Below are positions 27,694 through 39,338 of a stretch of DNA of 64,000 bases, one piece after another (positions within the stretch are counted from its first letter, which is position 1; every line of letters begins with the position of its first letter). The stretch comes from Mytilus edulis. Its lineage: Eukaryota. The position numbers and the translations under genes were made by a program. The DNA lies in NCBI RefSeq assembly GCF_963676685.1, contig NC_092354.1, forward strand, positions 45,384,001 through 45,448,000. The letters are read 5' to 3'. The notes below the pieces were generated by a model. It was given only the letters and a program-made list of their open reading frames with translations, had not been told where the DNA came from and did no database searches.

Positions 27694-28875
27694 TTGAACA
27701 CTATTACACCACAGAAAAACAAAATGACACAGAAGCAAAAGGAGAATTACGTTAAAAGAATATGGACAAACCCTAATCATCCTGGAGCTTTTGCTGGACC
27801 AGATAAATTATTAAAAGTTATACGTAGTGAAGGAAAATTTGACATAAGCAGAGCACATTTAAAAAAGATTTTAGCTAAAGAGGATACATATAGTGTTCAA
27901 AAACCTTCACGAAAAACATTTAGACGAAATAGAGTAGTTGTAGCAGGGTTGAATGCTCAATGGGACGGAGATTTAGCATCAATGGAAAATGTATCGAAAT
28001 ACAACTCAATGGAAAAATACAACTCGGATATTAAGTTTTTATTGATACTGATTGATATTTTTTCAAGATTTTTGATAGTTAAACCTCTAAAAGATAAAAA
28101 GAGTGACACAGTAACGTCTGCTTTAAAAGAGATTTTTAAAACGGGTAACAGGAGACCCAAAACTGTACGTTTTGATTTAGGCGGAGAATTTCAATCAAGT
28201 GTAAAAAAATATTTAAAGAAAGAAAAAATTAATGTATTTTACAAGCACAATTCTAAAATAAAAAGCAATTATGCAGAGAGAGTAATCAGAACGTTAAAAA
28301 ATCGTATTTATTCTTATTTTATGGAAAATCAAACATCTAAATACATAGATGTTCTTCAGAAATTGGTTAACAGTTACAACAACACACCTCATCAATCCTT
28401 GGGAGGGGCAACTCCTGCGTCTGTTACCAAAATAAATGAGGACGAAATAAGATATATACAATACCTAGTTAGAAAAAAAGCAAAATCTATAGAAGTAATA
28501 AAAAGGAAGAAGAAAAAACAAGTTTACAAATTCAAGATAGGAGATATTGTACGAATATCACAACTAAAAAGGGTATTTGAGAAAGGCTATCAAGAAAATT
28601 GGACATTGGAATATTTCAAAGTATCTAAAAGATTTAAAAGAGAAAACCAAGACATATATAAGTTGAAAGACACCCTTAATGACGACGTGAAAGGATCGTT
28701 CTATAGATACGAGGTACAGAAAATAGACCAATCACAGAAGAAACTGTACAAAATAGAAACTATTCTAAAAACCCGAAAGGTAGTAGGAAAAGAACAAGTA
28801 TTAGTGAAATGGTTGGGTTGGCCATCAAAATTTAATTCTTGGATTTTAAAGAAGTCGATCAAAGATATAAAATAA
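27694..28875 (+). CDS. Retroviral-like DDE integrase with chromodomain
   Basis: WDGDLASM, FDLGGEF, AERVIRTLK, YNNTPH and VLVKWLGWPSKFNSWI motifs. Confidence 0.95.
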   Translation: MNTITPQKNKMTQKQKENYVKRIWTNPNHPGAFAGPDKLLKVIRSEGKFDISRAHLKKILAKEDTYSVQKPSRKTFRRNRVVVAGLNAQWDGDLASMENVSKYNSMEKYNSDIKFLLILIDIFSRFLIVKPLKDKKSDTVTSALKEIFKTGNRRPKTVRFDLGGEFQSSVKKYLKKEKINVFYKHNSKIKSNYAERVIRTLKNRIYSYFMENQTSKYIDVLQKLVNSYNNTPHQSLGGATPASVTKINEDEIRYIQYLVRKKAKSIEVIKRKKKKQVYKFKIGDIVRISQLKRVFEKGYQENWTLEYFKVSKRFKRENQDIYKLKDTLNDDVKGSFYRYEVQKIDQSQKKLYKIETILKTRKVVGKEQVLVKWLGWPSKFNSWILKKSIKDIK

Positions 28876-28892
28876 TATGCTGTAATTGTTAG

Positions 28893-29339
28893 ATGTCATT
28901 CAAAGGCAAAATGAGTTTGATAATTGTTGTGTCTTCAGAAGATGGAAAAGGTTTATTTACCGATAACAAACCCTACGATTTCAGAGTTAAATTAAATCAA
29001 AGAATACGGTTGGATCATAATTGGGTGATCGCCATTACGGAATTTACTTCATCAGAACGTATCGATTCACATAAAAATCCTGAATTATTTATTTTTTCAG
29101 ACATATGCCAGAATAGTTTCATTGGAAATAACGAACATCCATTACTTAGAAGGACATATTTTGACAACGCAAAACAAAGAAACATTATTTACAATACTCC
29201 GTATTATATTCAGGTCAGACAGGGTGAAATACAACAAATTCATTTTTATATAAAGGATGACAAGGGACAAGATGCTTCATTTTTACAAGAGAAGGTGACC
29301 ATAACGCTTCATCTGAAAAAAAGATCCCCTTGTTCGTGA
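28893..29339 (+). CDS. Minor capsid protein (penton/PX), compact form
   Basis: FTDNKPYDFRVKL...WVIAITEF...LFIFSDIC...PLLR...IKDDKG...ITLHLKK pattern. Confidence 0.85.
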   Translation: MSFKGKMSLIIVVSSEDGKGLFTDNKPYDFRVKLNQRIRLDHNWVIAITEFTSSERIDSHKNPELFIFSDICQNSFIGNNEHPLLRRTYFDNAKQRNIIYNTPYYIQVRQGEIQQIHFYIKDDKGQDASFLQEKVTITLHLKKRSPCS

Positions 29340-29340
29340 A

Positions 29341-29838
29341 ATGAATAATTATCTAACAGATCCTCTCATCTGGAAAAGATTTCATAAAAACATGGAGGGG
29401 AATAAATTTAACGCATACAGTTACAGACGATTGAAAAGAAAAAATCAATTAGGACGGGGACTTCATGGTCGTTTTAGACATTCTTACATGATTCCTGTGA
29501 ATGTGAATGCAAACGACACCGAGACAAATTCCATCAGTACTACCATGGTATCACCTGTTGTTGCCTCAGAAGATAGGGCAACTTCAGAAATGAAGGACGT
29601 AAAAGAAAAGAAAAAAACCCATGTTAAGGTGTCGAGTATTATAAAAAGAAAAAACAAGAAAAAAAAGCTCAAAACGAAAAAGGAACGCAAACAATCAACA
29701 TCAAAAACAACCAAGAAGAGAACCAGACGAGCTTCAAAAAAGAAATTCAACAAAGACTATTACGATAACGTTTGGAGTTCAGTTTCTGTTAAAAAAAAAA
29801 AAGAAAACGATAAAATAAATTATGGCTTTTTTGAGTGA
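29341..29838 (+). CDS. Basic Lys/Arg-rich putative virion core protein
   Basis: Highly basic, has a QLGRG candidate protease site, and lies between penton and major capsid. Confidence 0.65.
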   Translation: MNNYLTDPLIWKRFHKNMEGNKFNAYSYRRLKRKNQLGRGLHGRFRHSYMIPVNVNANDTETNSISTTMVSPVVASEDRATSEMKDVKEKKKTHVKVSSIIKRKNKKKKLKTKKERKQSTSKTTKKRTRRASKKKFNKDYYDNVWSSVSVKKKKENDKINYGFFE

Positions 29839-31129
29839 AGATAATAAGGAAATTGGCCTTCCAATGGAACTTTCAATATTTGCTTCTCCCCCTAACCAAG
29901 TGGCCATAGATAAAATAACATATACAGAGGAAAGGCCAATATCTAATCTGATTAATGATTCCACACCCATTGAAATAGTAATCTCAGGAGCTGGTAATGA
30001 TTACATTGACTTGAGAAAAAGTCGTCTTTTTGTTAAATTACAAATTTTAAAAGAAGACGGATCTTACCTGCAACCAAAAGAAAAAACGGGAATTATTAAT
30101 TTACCGTTACAGAGTATGTTTTCACACATTGATGTATACATGAACAACAAATTAGTATCGGCTAATTCTAACAATTATCCATGGAAATCGTACTTCAAAG
30201 TTATACTGTCTTCGGGAAGCGATGAACAAAATTCTCAACTTCAAAGTCAGCTTTTTATGAAGGATGATGACCCTATGGATTCGTTGACATTAAATGCTGG
30301 ATATGTTAACAGATATGAATACACAAAAGAGTCTAGGACATTCGAATTAGAAAGTAATTTGATGGAAGATGCATTACTTTTGGATAAGTACTTGATTAGT
30401 GGCGTGGACATTTACATGAAACTGTTCCGTTCCAGTGCTCCTTTTTTACTGATGTCCGGAGAAGCAAAACCAAATTACAAGGTTAAAATATTAGACGTGT
30501 TCTATAGAACTGCTAGGGTTAAAGTGGATCCGGGTGTTATTTTGAATCATAGGCGTCAAATTCAAGAATCTCCAGCTAAATATTTGATTAACAGAAGTAA
30601 CGTAATACAAAATGTCATACCTCTAGGATCAACAGAATTTTACTGGGATTCTTTATTTCCGAAATCTCTACCTTCTAAAGTTGTGTTCGGACTTGTTCCT
30701 CAAAAGGCAATAAATGGTGATTATACGGCCAATCCTTTCAATTTTCAACACTTTAACATGTCATGTATTACTTTGAAAGTCAATGGTGTGGAAGTGTATG
30801 GATCACCTCTTAACATGGATTTTAGCAACAACAGAAATTACACAGCAGCATATGTAAGACTTTTTGAAATATGCGATAAATGGCAGAAGGATACAGGATT
30901 AAATATTTCTTTGAATGATTTTGGGAATGGTTATACGTTCATAGTGTTTTCCTTAGATCCTTCTGATTTCCAAGAAGATTTTCTCAATTTGGTAAAACAC
31001 GGAAATGCTCGATTAGAAATACGGTTTAGCGTACCCACAACAGAGGTTGTGAATTGCATGTGCTATTACCAATCGCAAGCCATTTTGACATGTGACGAGA
31101 CAAGAAATATAAACATAGTGGAACCATGA
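29822..31129 (+). CDS. Double jelly-roll major capsid protein (PY/hexon)
   Basis: ELSIFASPPNQ, YIDLRKSRLFVK, NNYPWKSY, NPFNFQHF and GNARLEIRF motifs; 435 aa, intact. Confidence 0.93.
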   Translation: MAFLSEDNKEIGLPMELSIFASPPNQVAIDKITYTEERPISNLINDSTPIEIVISGAGNDYIDLRKSRLFVKLQILKEDGSYLQPKEKTGIINLPLQSMFSHIDVYMNNKLVSANSNNYPWKSYFKVILSSGSDEQNSQLQSQLFMKDDDPMDSLTLNAGYVNRYEYTKESRTFELESNLMEDALLLDKYLISGVDIYMKLFRSSAPFLLMSGEAKPNYKVKILDVFYRTARVKVDPGVILNHRRQIQESPAKYLINRSNVIQNVIPLGSTEFYWDSLFPKSLPSKVVFGLVPQKAINGDYTANPFNFQHFNMSCITLKVNGVEVYGSPLNMDFSNNRNYTAAYVRLFEICDKWQKDTGLNISLNDFGNGYTFIVFSLDPSDFQEDFLNLVKHGNARLEIRFSVPTTEVVNCMCYYQSQAILTCDETRNINIVEP

Positions 31130-31563
31130 ATGCAAGAGAACTGATCGTTTTTTTAAAAGACTTTAAATGTTTAAATAAAGTATCTATCTGTATAAGTGAC
31201 ATTAATGGTTTGCCTGCTACCGTTGTGAATCACTACCCTCAACTATTTATTATCAATCCTGGAAAACATTGGTTGTGTGTATTTTTCTATGACTCTACAA
31301 AAGCTGAATATTTTGATAGTCTGGGAAAATGTGTAGAGTTTTATGGAACTAATTTAGCAAAGTTTATAAGCAACAACGCTAAAGATTGTTTTTCAATACA
31401 GAGACAATTACAGTCTAACACTTCAGATATTTGTGGACTTTATGTTGTATGTTTTGTAGTGATGAAAGTATGTTATCAATTTTCAATTTAAAATTTTAAT
31501 GATATGTTTACTGATAATGTATTTGAAAATGACCAATTCATTAAAATGTTTTTTTCTAAATAA
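31126..31563 (+). CDS. Adenain-like cysteine protease with a probable premature TAA at 31489-91
   Basis: GKHW / YFDSLG / LQ...CG catalytic motifs. The frame continues past the stop as NFNDMFTDNVFENDQFI to TAA at 31561-63. Confidence 0.88.
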
Positions 31564-31639
31564 ATATTAGATGTAAAAAAAAAAAAAAAGTTTTGTTCTT
31601 TTTACGAGGGGTCTTCTCTGATATGAATATAAAACTCAT

Positions 31640-32329
31640 ATGCGACGTATCGTCTTCATTTTAAACAAAGTCATGGAGAAGGAACACACTCTTCTTCCTT
31701 TTTCATCTCCAACCACAATATATATCTCTGGACCAACTCAAGCAGGTAAATCGATTTTTACTAAAAAACTTATAGAAAATGCTGACGTAATGTTTACCAA
31801 ACCACTGGAAAAAATTTTATATGCATATTCCGAATATCAACCATTATTTGACGACATTCAATCGTCCAACTTAATATTTCATGAAGGTCTGCCTGATAAA
31901 CAGAAAATAGAAGAATTTACTCAAGATACTCAACATTCGTTAATCGTACTGGACGATTTGATTTCTAAAGTAGTACAATCAGAGGAAGTTTTACATTTAT
32001 TCGCCGTCACTAGTCACCACAAAAAGGCATCAGTGGTCCTTATTTCACAATCTTTGTATCCTCCAGGTAAATACTCAAAAAGTATTTCCCTGAATTGTGC
32101 TAATTTTGTCTTGTTTCACAATCCTAGAGACATGCGTCAAATTGTAACGTTCGCATCACAAATACTTCCAGGAATGACTCGATATTTCTTAGATGCATTT
32201 TTGAAAATTACAAAACAGAAGTATGCATACATACTTATTGACCTCTCGCCTCATAGAGAAGACAGACAATACATGCTTAGAACGGGTATTTTTCCAGGTG
32301 ACACCTGTATAGTTTACAAACCTATATAA
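31640..32329 (+). CDS. A32/FtsK-like genome packaging ATPase
   Basis: Walker A GPTQAGKS, Walker B LIVLDD, SHH and NPRD motifs. Confidence 0.95.
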   Translation: MRRIVFILNKVMEKEHTLLPFSSPTTIYISGPTQAGKSIFTKKLIENADVMFTKPLEKILYAYSEYQPLFDDIQSSNLIFHEGLPDKQKIEEFTQDTQHSLIVLDDLISKVVQSEEVLHLFAVTSHHKKASVVLISQSLYPPGKYSKSISLNCANFVLFHNPRDMRQIVTFASQILPGMTRYFLDAFLKITKQKYAYILIDLSPHREDRQYMLRTGIFPGDTCIVYKPI

Positions 32330-32331
32330 AA

Positions 32332-32676
32332 ATGCATTCTTGTTCGTACGATCATTTGGTGATAATGAGCAGGCGAATGAGGTCAAATGCTGTGTTTCTG
32401 AAGTTTTTATACGAAGCTGGTACAAACCAACGAGTTGCAATCTTATCAAATCTGACTAAACCACAAATCAGTGTTCTATCTGAAGTAGCTTTAAATATTT
32501 ATAAAGGAGTATTCCCCAACAAACAAAAATACGTCAAGTCATTAAAACCATATAAATCCATTGTGTACCAATTGGGAACAAAATCAGTAGGAGTGCGAAA
32601 AAAGAAACAATTATTGATTCGTCATAATAAACTAATTCCTAGTTTGTTAAGACCTGTTATGGATTTTTTGCAATGA
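32332..32676 (+). CDS. Conserved small basic Polinton protein (PW-like)
   Basis: QRVAIL...LSEVALNIYKG...KKKQLL pattern; follows the ATPase. Confidence 0.7.
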   Translation: MHSCSYDHLVIMSRRMRSNAVFLKFLYEAGTNQRVAILSNLTKPQISVLSEVALNIYKGVFPNKQKYVKSLKPYKSIVYQLGTKSVGVRKKKQLLIRHNKLIPSLLRPVMDFLQ

Positions 32677-32954
32677 TGGCAAAAGAACTAGTTTTGTTAT
32701 CTAAAAGAAAATATGATGAACTTTTAAAATCTGCGTCAGAGGATAAACAAGACAAACCTACAGGAGAAATAATGGAAAACGAACATGGCGAGAAACCGCA
32801 AATTTCTAAACCCATAGAGCAAGTTCCAAACTCTGACCCAGCTGAAATGGGACGGTTCGTTGAGAAGATTAACGACGATGCGAGTGGTAAACCAGGAATT
32901 CTAGATCAACCTCCTAAGAAAATGAAAAGAAAAAATATGAAAAAAAAAACTTAA
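32673..32954 (+). CDS. Short protein resembling a PZ-like N-terminus
   Basis: MAKELVLLSKRKYDELLK; ATGA overlap with the previous ORF; may be shortened by an A-run slip at its end. Confidence 0.5.
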   Translation: MMAKELVLLSKRKYDELLKSASEDKQDKPTGEIMENEHGEKPQISKPIEQVPNSDPAEMGRFVEKINDDASGKPGILDQPPKKMKRKNMKKKT

Positions 32955-33033
32955 AATGGATATTATATTAACTTTTAATTATGTAACTTCTCATTTGTAC
33001 AATAAAAATCTTCAATAAAGGATTAATGTTAAG

Positions 33034-36000
33034 TCATTTGTTGCAACAGTAACCGAAAGGTAAAGTAGTTAAGTCATTTAACAATCTTCTCTTTGTATAT
33101 ACCATTCTGTACTCCTTTTCCTCAATCCTGTTGTATAATTTCCTTTTACATGCAAGTCGGGAAATTTTACGCGGATTGGTAGTCTTTATTGTTTTGATAG
33201 TTTTATTCACCACTACGTCACAAATAGATGAAAAATTTATTAGATCTGAATTCATCTTATTGTCTAACGAAAAACCTCTCACTTTACACTTTTCATTGCC
33301 CGATGCCAATCTGTAGGCATAATTCTTAGGTCCTCCGGCCACAAAATGTGTGATGTGTTTATCCTCAGGTGAAATTTCATTTGTTAATTGTCCTAAGTAA
33401 TTGCCAATAGGAAGTGTTTTTGAGATAATTTTATCTTTATCACAAAAGATGATCGAGTCTGTGTCTACATACAATGTGTTGTGACCCACTTGTTCCATAA
33501 CGTTGTAGAGCTTGATTCTGGCCCAACAGGTAGTAAAAGATGCTATGAAGATGTTGGTTTTAACGTCTATGGGGATAAAAGGGGTCTCGTGTACATGTTC
33601 TATTTGTATGAAATCTTTACTAATGATATGGAAATCTTTTACATCCTTCCGGGGATCTGAGAGTAGCTGAAAGAACTTATCTCCCTCGTGTTCGTGGAAA
33701 AACTCTGTTTGCCTCATATTTAAACGTTGACCAAACTTGCCCCAAAAACTATTTAAACATATTTTTGCCAAACTACGGAGTCCTGGATTCTTTTTTATAT
33801 TATCATAATCTAAATGTATTCCCTCGTGTTTTGCGTAATCAGCTATATATTCCATCTTTTCTTGATCTGTTTTACACTCCTGTGGGAAACCTGATGCTTC
33901 CTGTTTAAATTTCAAAAATAGATTGACGTAGGCATCAAAAAGGCCTCCCACACCCGTAAAAGGATCATGCTTTTTGAATTCTTTAAAATGATACACCTCG
34001 TATATTTTAAGGATTTCGTATCCTTTGGAAAGAGCCAGCTCCACTTCAGGAGTACACCATGTACCAACAATGACTCTCTCGTCATTGGTGCATGTGCAGT
34101 CGTTTTGGTTTTCATCATCGGCACACTTTTTGCAAAGTGGAAACTTTAATTTTCCATTGGAAACGTATGGTAAAACGGGATGAAAAAGACGTCTGTGGGG
34201 TAAAATCTTTACTTTAACCACCCCAAAATACTTGGAAATATCTTGAAAATTCGATGTTATGATAACTGGATGTCCTATGGGGTATTTAGCATACTTGTTG
34301 ACGCTAGGATACAAGCTGAAAAATAAAAGAAGGAAATTATCAACTAAGTAACCAAACAATGTAACATAAAAGAGTTCTGAATATACAAATGAATCAAAAA
34401 CAGTACTTATTACATTATTTTATATTACCTTGTGAAATCATAATATTCAATTGTCTCTCCTGGTTCTGCGCATTCATGGTACAGTTTAATTCCGTTAGTC
34501 CTTCCGCCATAAAAGCTATCCCTTACATTTAATCGGTCTGTAATATCTAATGTAGAAACTAATTCTCTCATTTGGTCATCTGTCGACATTAATTGATGAA
34601 ATTCGTGCTCCCAGATGCACACATACTCGTATCCTAGTCGTATCAGTTCCCTTTCTTTCTGTTTGGTCATAATATATAGTTCGGCCATCGAATGTTTTGT
34701 CTTCGGATGAGTTGTCTTTGTTCTATCATGGGGAAAGCAGGAGGGACAACCATGGAAACAACAACCTGAAATCATTAATGATAATAAGAGGGTTTACATC
34801 AATCAATGCGCCGCATTACTTTAACAATCGTTATTCAGTTGTAATAGGTGGGAATCGTTTTGATCGTCTTGAAAGAAATCGATAAATAATAAGAAAAAAT
34901 ATAATAAATTTATAAATATATAAACAATATAATAAATTTATAAATATATAAACAATATAATAAATTTATAAATATATAAACAATATAATAAATTTATAAA
35001 TAATATTGTCGCCGCCGCCTCCTATGCCCTTAATTATTTACTCACCTAAAAATTCGTATGCCGTTTTCTTTGGAGAATGGACATAACCATCTAGTCTAAA
35101 ATTCGTGCCTGGTACTTTGTGTTCTCCTCGACCATTTAGTGCGTGTTGTATGTGAATTGGTTTTCCTGACCGTCTACTACGCTCCATTGTCCATTCCAAC
35201 CATTGGATTGACACTTTACTGAAATTGTCTCTTGATACGTAACCCTCTGACGGAACTACTGCAATGGGACTTTTAACGAAAACTGTTCTTCCAATTGTGT
35301 ACGCATTAGACGCATCTATCGTTTCCTTTAATACCCATTCACCGTCAGGTAATTGCACTTGAAGTGAACCGTTCACAAATTTCGAGGGACACTTGAGATT
35401 TGTGTTCTGGGTTAAATCCGTCACACACGTTTCATATTCTTCCTCTAGGAACAGTTGCCTGTAGATGGCTTGACAGACAGAAGCAATCGTGATGTAATTA
35501 AACGGATCTATACCTTCGGCGTGCGTTATTATTTCGCCTTTTTCGTTAGTGTCTTTTACAGATGTCACGTCAATCATAATTTTACGAAACTCCATACATC
35601 CTCGCCTCAAAATATCTACATCTGATACGCAATAATTGTACATCTCCGACTGAAAGTCAAATATTTCATTTTCTTTTGAACGGTACCAATTCCAAAATAA
35701 TTGGGCTTCTTCTTCTCCCATATAATCGACTCCATAATATGATGCAGCCGGATAAGGTCCTTTATATGATTGGTGTTCTTGGGTGTTGAAGAGGTGTGGG
35801 AAGTGACCCTTCTGAAGCTCCTGAAGACCAAAGCATTGTGGAATCTTCGATAACTTCATATTGATAAAGTTGATAGAATCGAGAAATGTAAGGTCTAAGT
35901 TTTTCGAGACATGCATATAGACAATCTTTGAGCCATCGAAGATGATTTTATCGGGTTTTACACTGTGATGATCTATGAGTGCATTGAGTAGGGGGTAGTT

Positions 36001-38601
36001 GTCGAAACCTTTGGCGTTGTGTGCTATGAGAACCGTGTTTTTGTAATGGGGGGTCATGATGTGAGAGCAGAATTCGTAAGGTACGTTGTTACCTCTAAAC
36101 ACCCTCTGTCTGTAACCGCAACCATCTTTACAAGGTAAAATCCTTTTGTTCTTTTTTACTATTCTACAGTTTTCACAGCGACTCCCACAAACGTCACACT
36201 TAGAGTTTATCGTTAAATCATCGTTTTCACAAAGGGTACAAGTAGATTGCAAAACAGCAAAATTTACCTTGTGCTCATTTAGTCCACACCAAGACTGATG
36301 ACAGTTGATGCAAATTTTACAAGAGTTACATCTCGTTTTCATAGCACATTTCGTTTTACAAGGTTGGCTGGGTACGTAACCATTAGAACATTGTTCTTCA
36401 TATCTACATCTGACCTCATAACAGTTCGTACACATTTTGCATTTTTTACACCTGTCTGTTGTCGAGCATTGTTTCTCGCACGGTTCGCCGAGCAAATGAC
36501 CTTCACTACAGACCATTTGTTCATTTTGTGTTGTTTCAAAGTCGTAAAAAAAATATTTCCTCGGTTCCTTTTTACTAGAATTCCAAATAGATTTCCGCTG
36601 ATAACACAAATGGTCTCCTAATTGATATTGGAAACAATTTTTACATTTCCATTCCCCGCATCTATGTTGTTCGGGTGCTCGTTTGTTTCTTTCTAGGACT
36701 TTTTTACAAGTTTCACACTGGTAAAACCTTTCGCACATTGATTTGTCGCAATCATGGCCTCTGATGGTTTTAAGGGAGTTGTGTCTTTTATAACACGCTT
36801 CACTACGACATGTTCGGTGGCAGTCTGAACAAGTAACTTGATCGTTACTGATCTTACATTGATGACTACCGCAAACGTCACATGTTTCGCTACAGGAGTG
36901 CCTCCCCTTGTTTTTATACGGGGTTAAACAGTGCGAACAGAAATAGCCAAAACCAAAATAACCATTTATACTCCCTATGGCATCGTAATGTCCATTTCCA
37001 TCTGCATCACCCGTAAGGTACAGGTAAATGTTTTTACGTTGGGAGTTATTAGCCACACGATAAAATTTGTTGCCTAATTTTGAGGATAACACCAAAATAT
37101 TGAGGTCCAATAGGTTTTCAAAGCTATGAATGTCTCTAATGCTTAGGGGTTTGTCAGTTGGAAGATTTGCTTCTTTACATAAGGTTAATGCCATGGTTTT
37201 ACTGTAAGATTTATTATTCACAGCGGAATCACTCACGTGTTTGTAATAACTTTTGGTAGTCATGCCATGTTTCAAGACTTTTTGAAAAGTGTTCATGTTG
37301 GGGTCATCGTCTTTTGTGATCTCTCTCCATTTGTTCAGGGGAACGACTTCGCAGAGCTTTAAAAAACATCTACCAATCGCTGTTGCCATACACATTTCGT
37401 CGTTATTCGATACCTGTAATAATGACTTTTTTAGGGCAATTGAATTACGGGTCCCTTTGAGTCTTGTTATGGGTATCGTACCACTCCCACTAGGTACTGC
37501 AATGCTCCCTATTGTGACTTGCATAGCTGTATCCAAGGGTAAATTTTCGTCGGAATTTAGGACGTTTTCTACTGCATCCATGACCCTTTGCGAGTTAATG
37601 TTGGACCAGTTATCCAATGGTACGACTATCGAATTATTCAATTCGGGATGTGAAATGATAACTCTTCCGAGGTCATAGTCATTTCCTCTGGCCCTACCCA
37701 GTACGTCATCGAACATACCCCCAAGTTCGTTTTGAAGATTGCGCATTTTTTTATTTTTCCAGGTATCTTTGAATTTTACTTTGTATGTAGTCTCACGGGC
37801 TAAATTTTTGGAGAAGGTTTTCTGTCCCGACATTTGAAATAAATAAGGTAAATCTTCGTTGTCGTTACCACTCCCCCTTTGTTCGATGTCATCCATAGTC
37901 AATGTGATATTAGGGTCGATACTGTTTTGAAGGGACGTGTGTACACCTTGAATAACACTCCCACCCTCTTCAAAGTTGTAGGGGGTAGCCATGTAATTTG
38001 TCGTTATAGCATCCATGTCCATTACGTTCGCATCCACCCTTTGATTCAAGTCATCCATGGTATATACTATATTTTGGTTCAAACCATATTGAAAGTGTGT
38101 TTGTGATTGAGGGTCCATATATTGACTAGCAGTAGCTCTGTAAGTGATGTGGGAGTGACTTGTTGATGGCATATTTATGTCTTTGATATTTTGAATAACA
38201 TTAAAGTCGTTTAAAGCATCCAAATCGAAATTAATGGCTAGGTCATCTGAATTTGAAAATGTATTGATGTCATCTATAATTTGGTGAAATTCCAAATGAT
38301 CTTTCAATTCCGATGATAAGTTGAATTTAATATAACACTTTTGACATGTCAACAAAAATGATAGTCTGTCTAAAACTTGGGAGTTGTTTAAAAGGCAGTT
38401 ATCTGTAGCCCAACTTATTAAACTGTCAGCATCTGTAAATGTGTTCAATGTATATGTCAAATTGAATGACAGAAAGTGTCTGATCCTATTTTGTATCAAA
38501 GGATGATTTATTAGGTCATTGTCTAATGCCCATTGCTGCAAGTCCTCTAAAGATGTAAAATCCTTGACAATACTGTTCAAACTTGGTGATTTATGCTTCA
38601 T
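33034..38601 (-). CDS. polB: Protein-primed family B DNA polymerase, 3 exons (38601-35046, 34765-34429, 34315-33034; 1724 aa)
   Basis: GT-AG splicing restores AYEFLG/CCFHGCP and YYDFTS/LYP. ExoI YDFET, ExoII HNAKGFD, ExoIII YCVSDV, KICLNSFWGKFGQ and YVDTDS all present. Confidence 0.95.
34899..35003. repeat. 28-bp AT-rich tandem repeat in polB intron 1
   Basis: AATATAATAAATTTATAAATATATAAAC repeated about 3.7 times. Confidence 0.9.
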
Positions 38602-38847
38602 TGTTTTTGGTTTTGTCCATTTACTGAAAAATATTTGTTATTATTTGGTTTTATTTCTTTGGTATTTGTATTTGCTTGATTCTGTTAAGATAAAAAAAAA
38701 AGTGATACCACTATTCTAAATTTTTAGTTTGATTTTACTAAAAGCAAAAATATTTGAAATGTTTACTTACCTTACATTTCATATGTTTCCATTCAAATAA
38801 AATCTTGTTGATTTTACTTGGTTTTATAACCCCTAAAATCATGTCAT

Positions 38848-39338
38848 AATGTTAAGGTTTAAGTATTCTGTGTCATGACCTTGGATACAGTCCAATGAGT
38901 TTTACATAATAAAATATTGTTGTATAATTGTACTGTTTGTATGAGGTAATTTTAAGGTTCAATAATTCTGTGTCATGACCTTGGATACAATCCCATGAGT
39001 TTTACATAAAATATTGTTGTATAGTGGTACTGTTTGTATGAGGTAATGTTAAGGTTCAATTATTCTGTGTTGTGACTTTGGATACAGTCCAATGAGTTTT
39101 ACATAACAAAATATTTGTATAGTGATACTGTATGAGATAATGTTAAGGTGCAATTAGTCTATCATGTCATCATGACATTGGATACAGTCCAATGAGTTTT
39201 ACATCATAAAATATTGTTGTATAGTGGTACTGTTTGTATTAGGTAATGTTAAGGTTCAATTATTCTGTGTCATGACCTTGGATATAGTCCAATGAGTTTT
39301 ACATAATAAAATATTGTTGTATAGTGGTACTCTTTGTC
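38848..39338. repeat. Five ~100-bp tandem repeats upstream of polB
   Basis: Units start at ~38848, 38948, 39045, 39139 and 39245; core TTGGATACAGTCCAATGAGTTTTACAT. Confidence 0.9.

Noticed and set aside
35616-38719. ORFs overlapping or antisense to polB (likewise for integrase, gag and endonuclease)
   Set aside because: Shadows of real coding sequence.
38848-39338. CRISPR-like array
   Set aside because: Units are contiguous with no unique spacers, there are no cas genes, and the context is eukaryotic.
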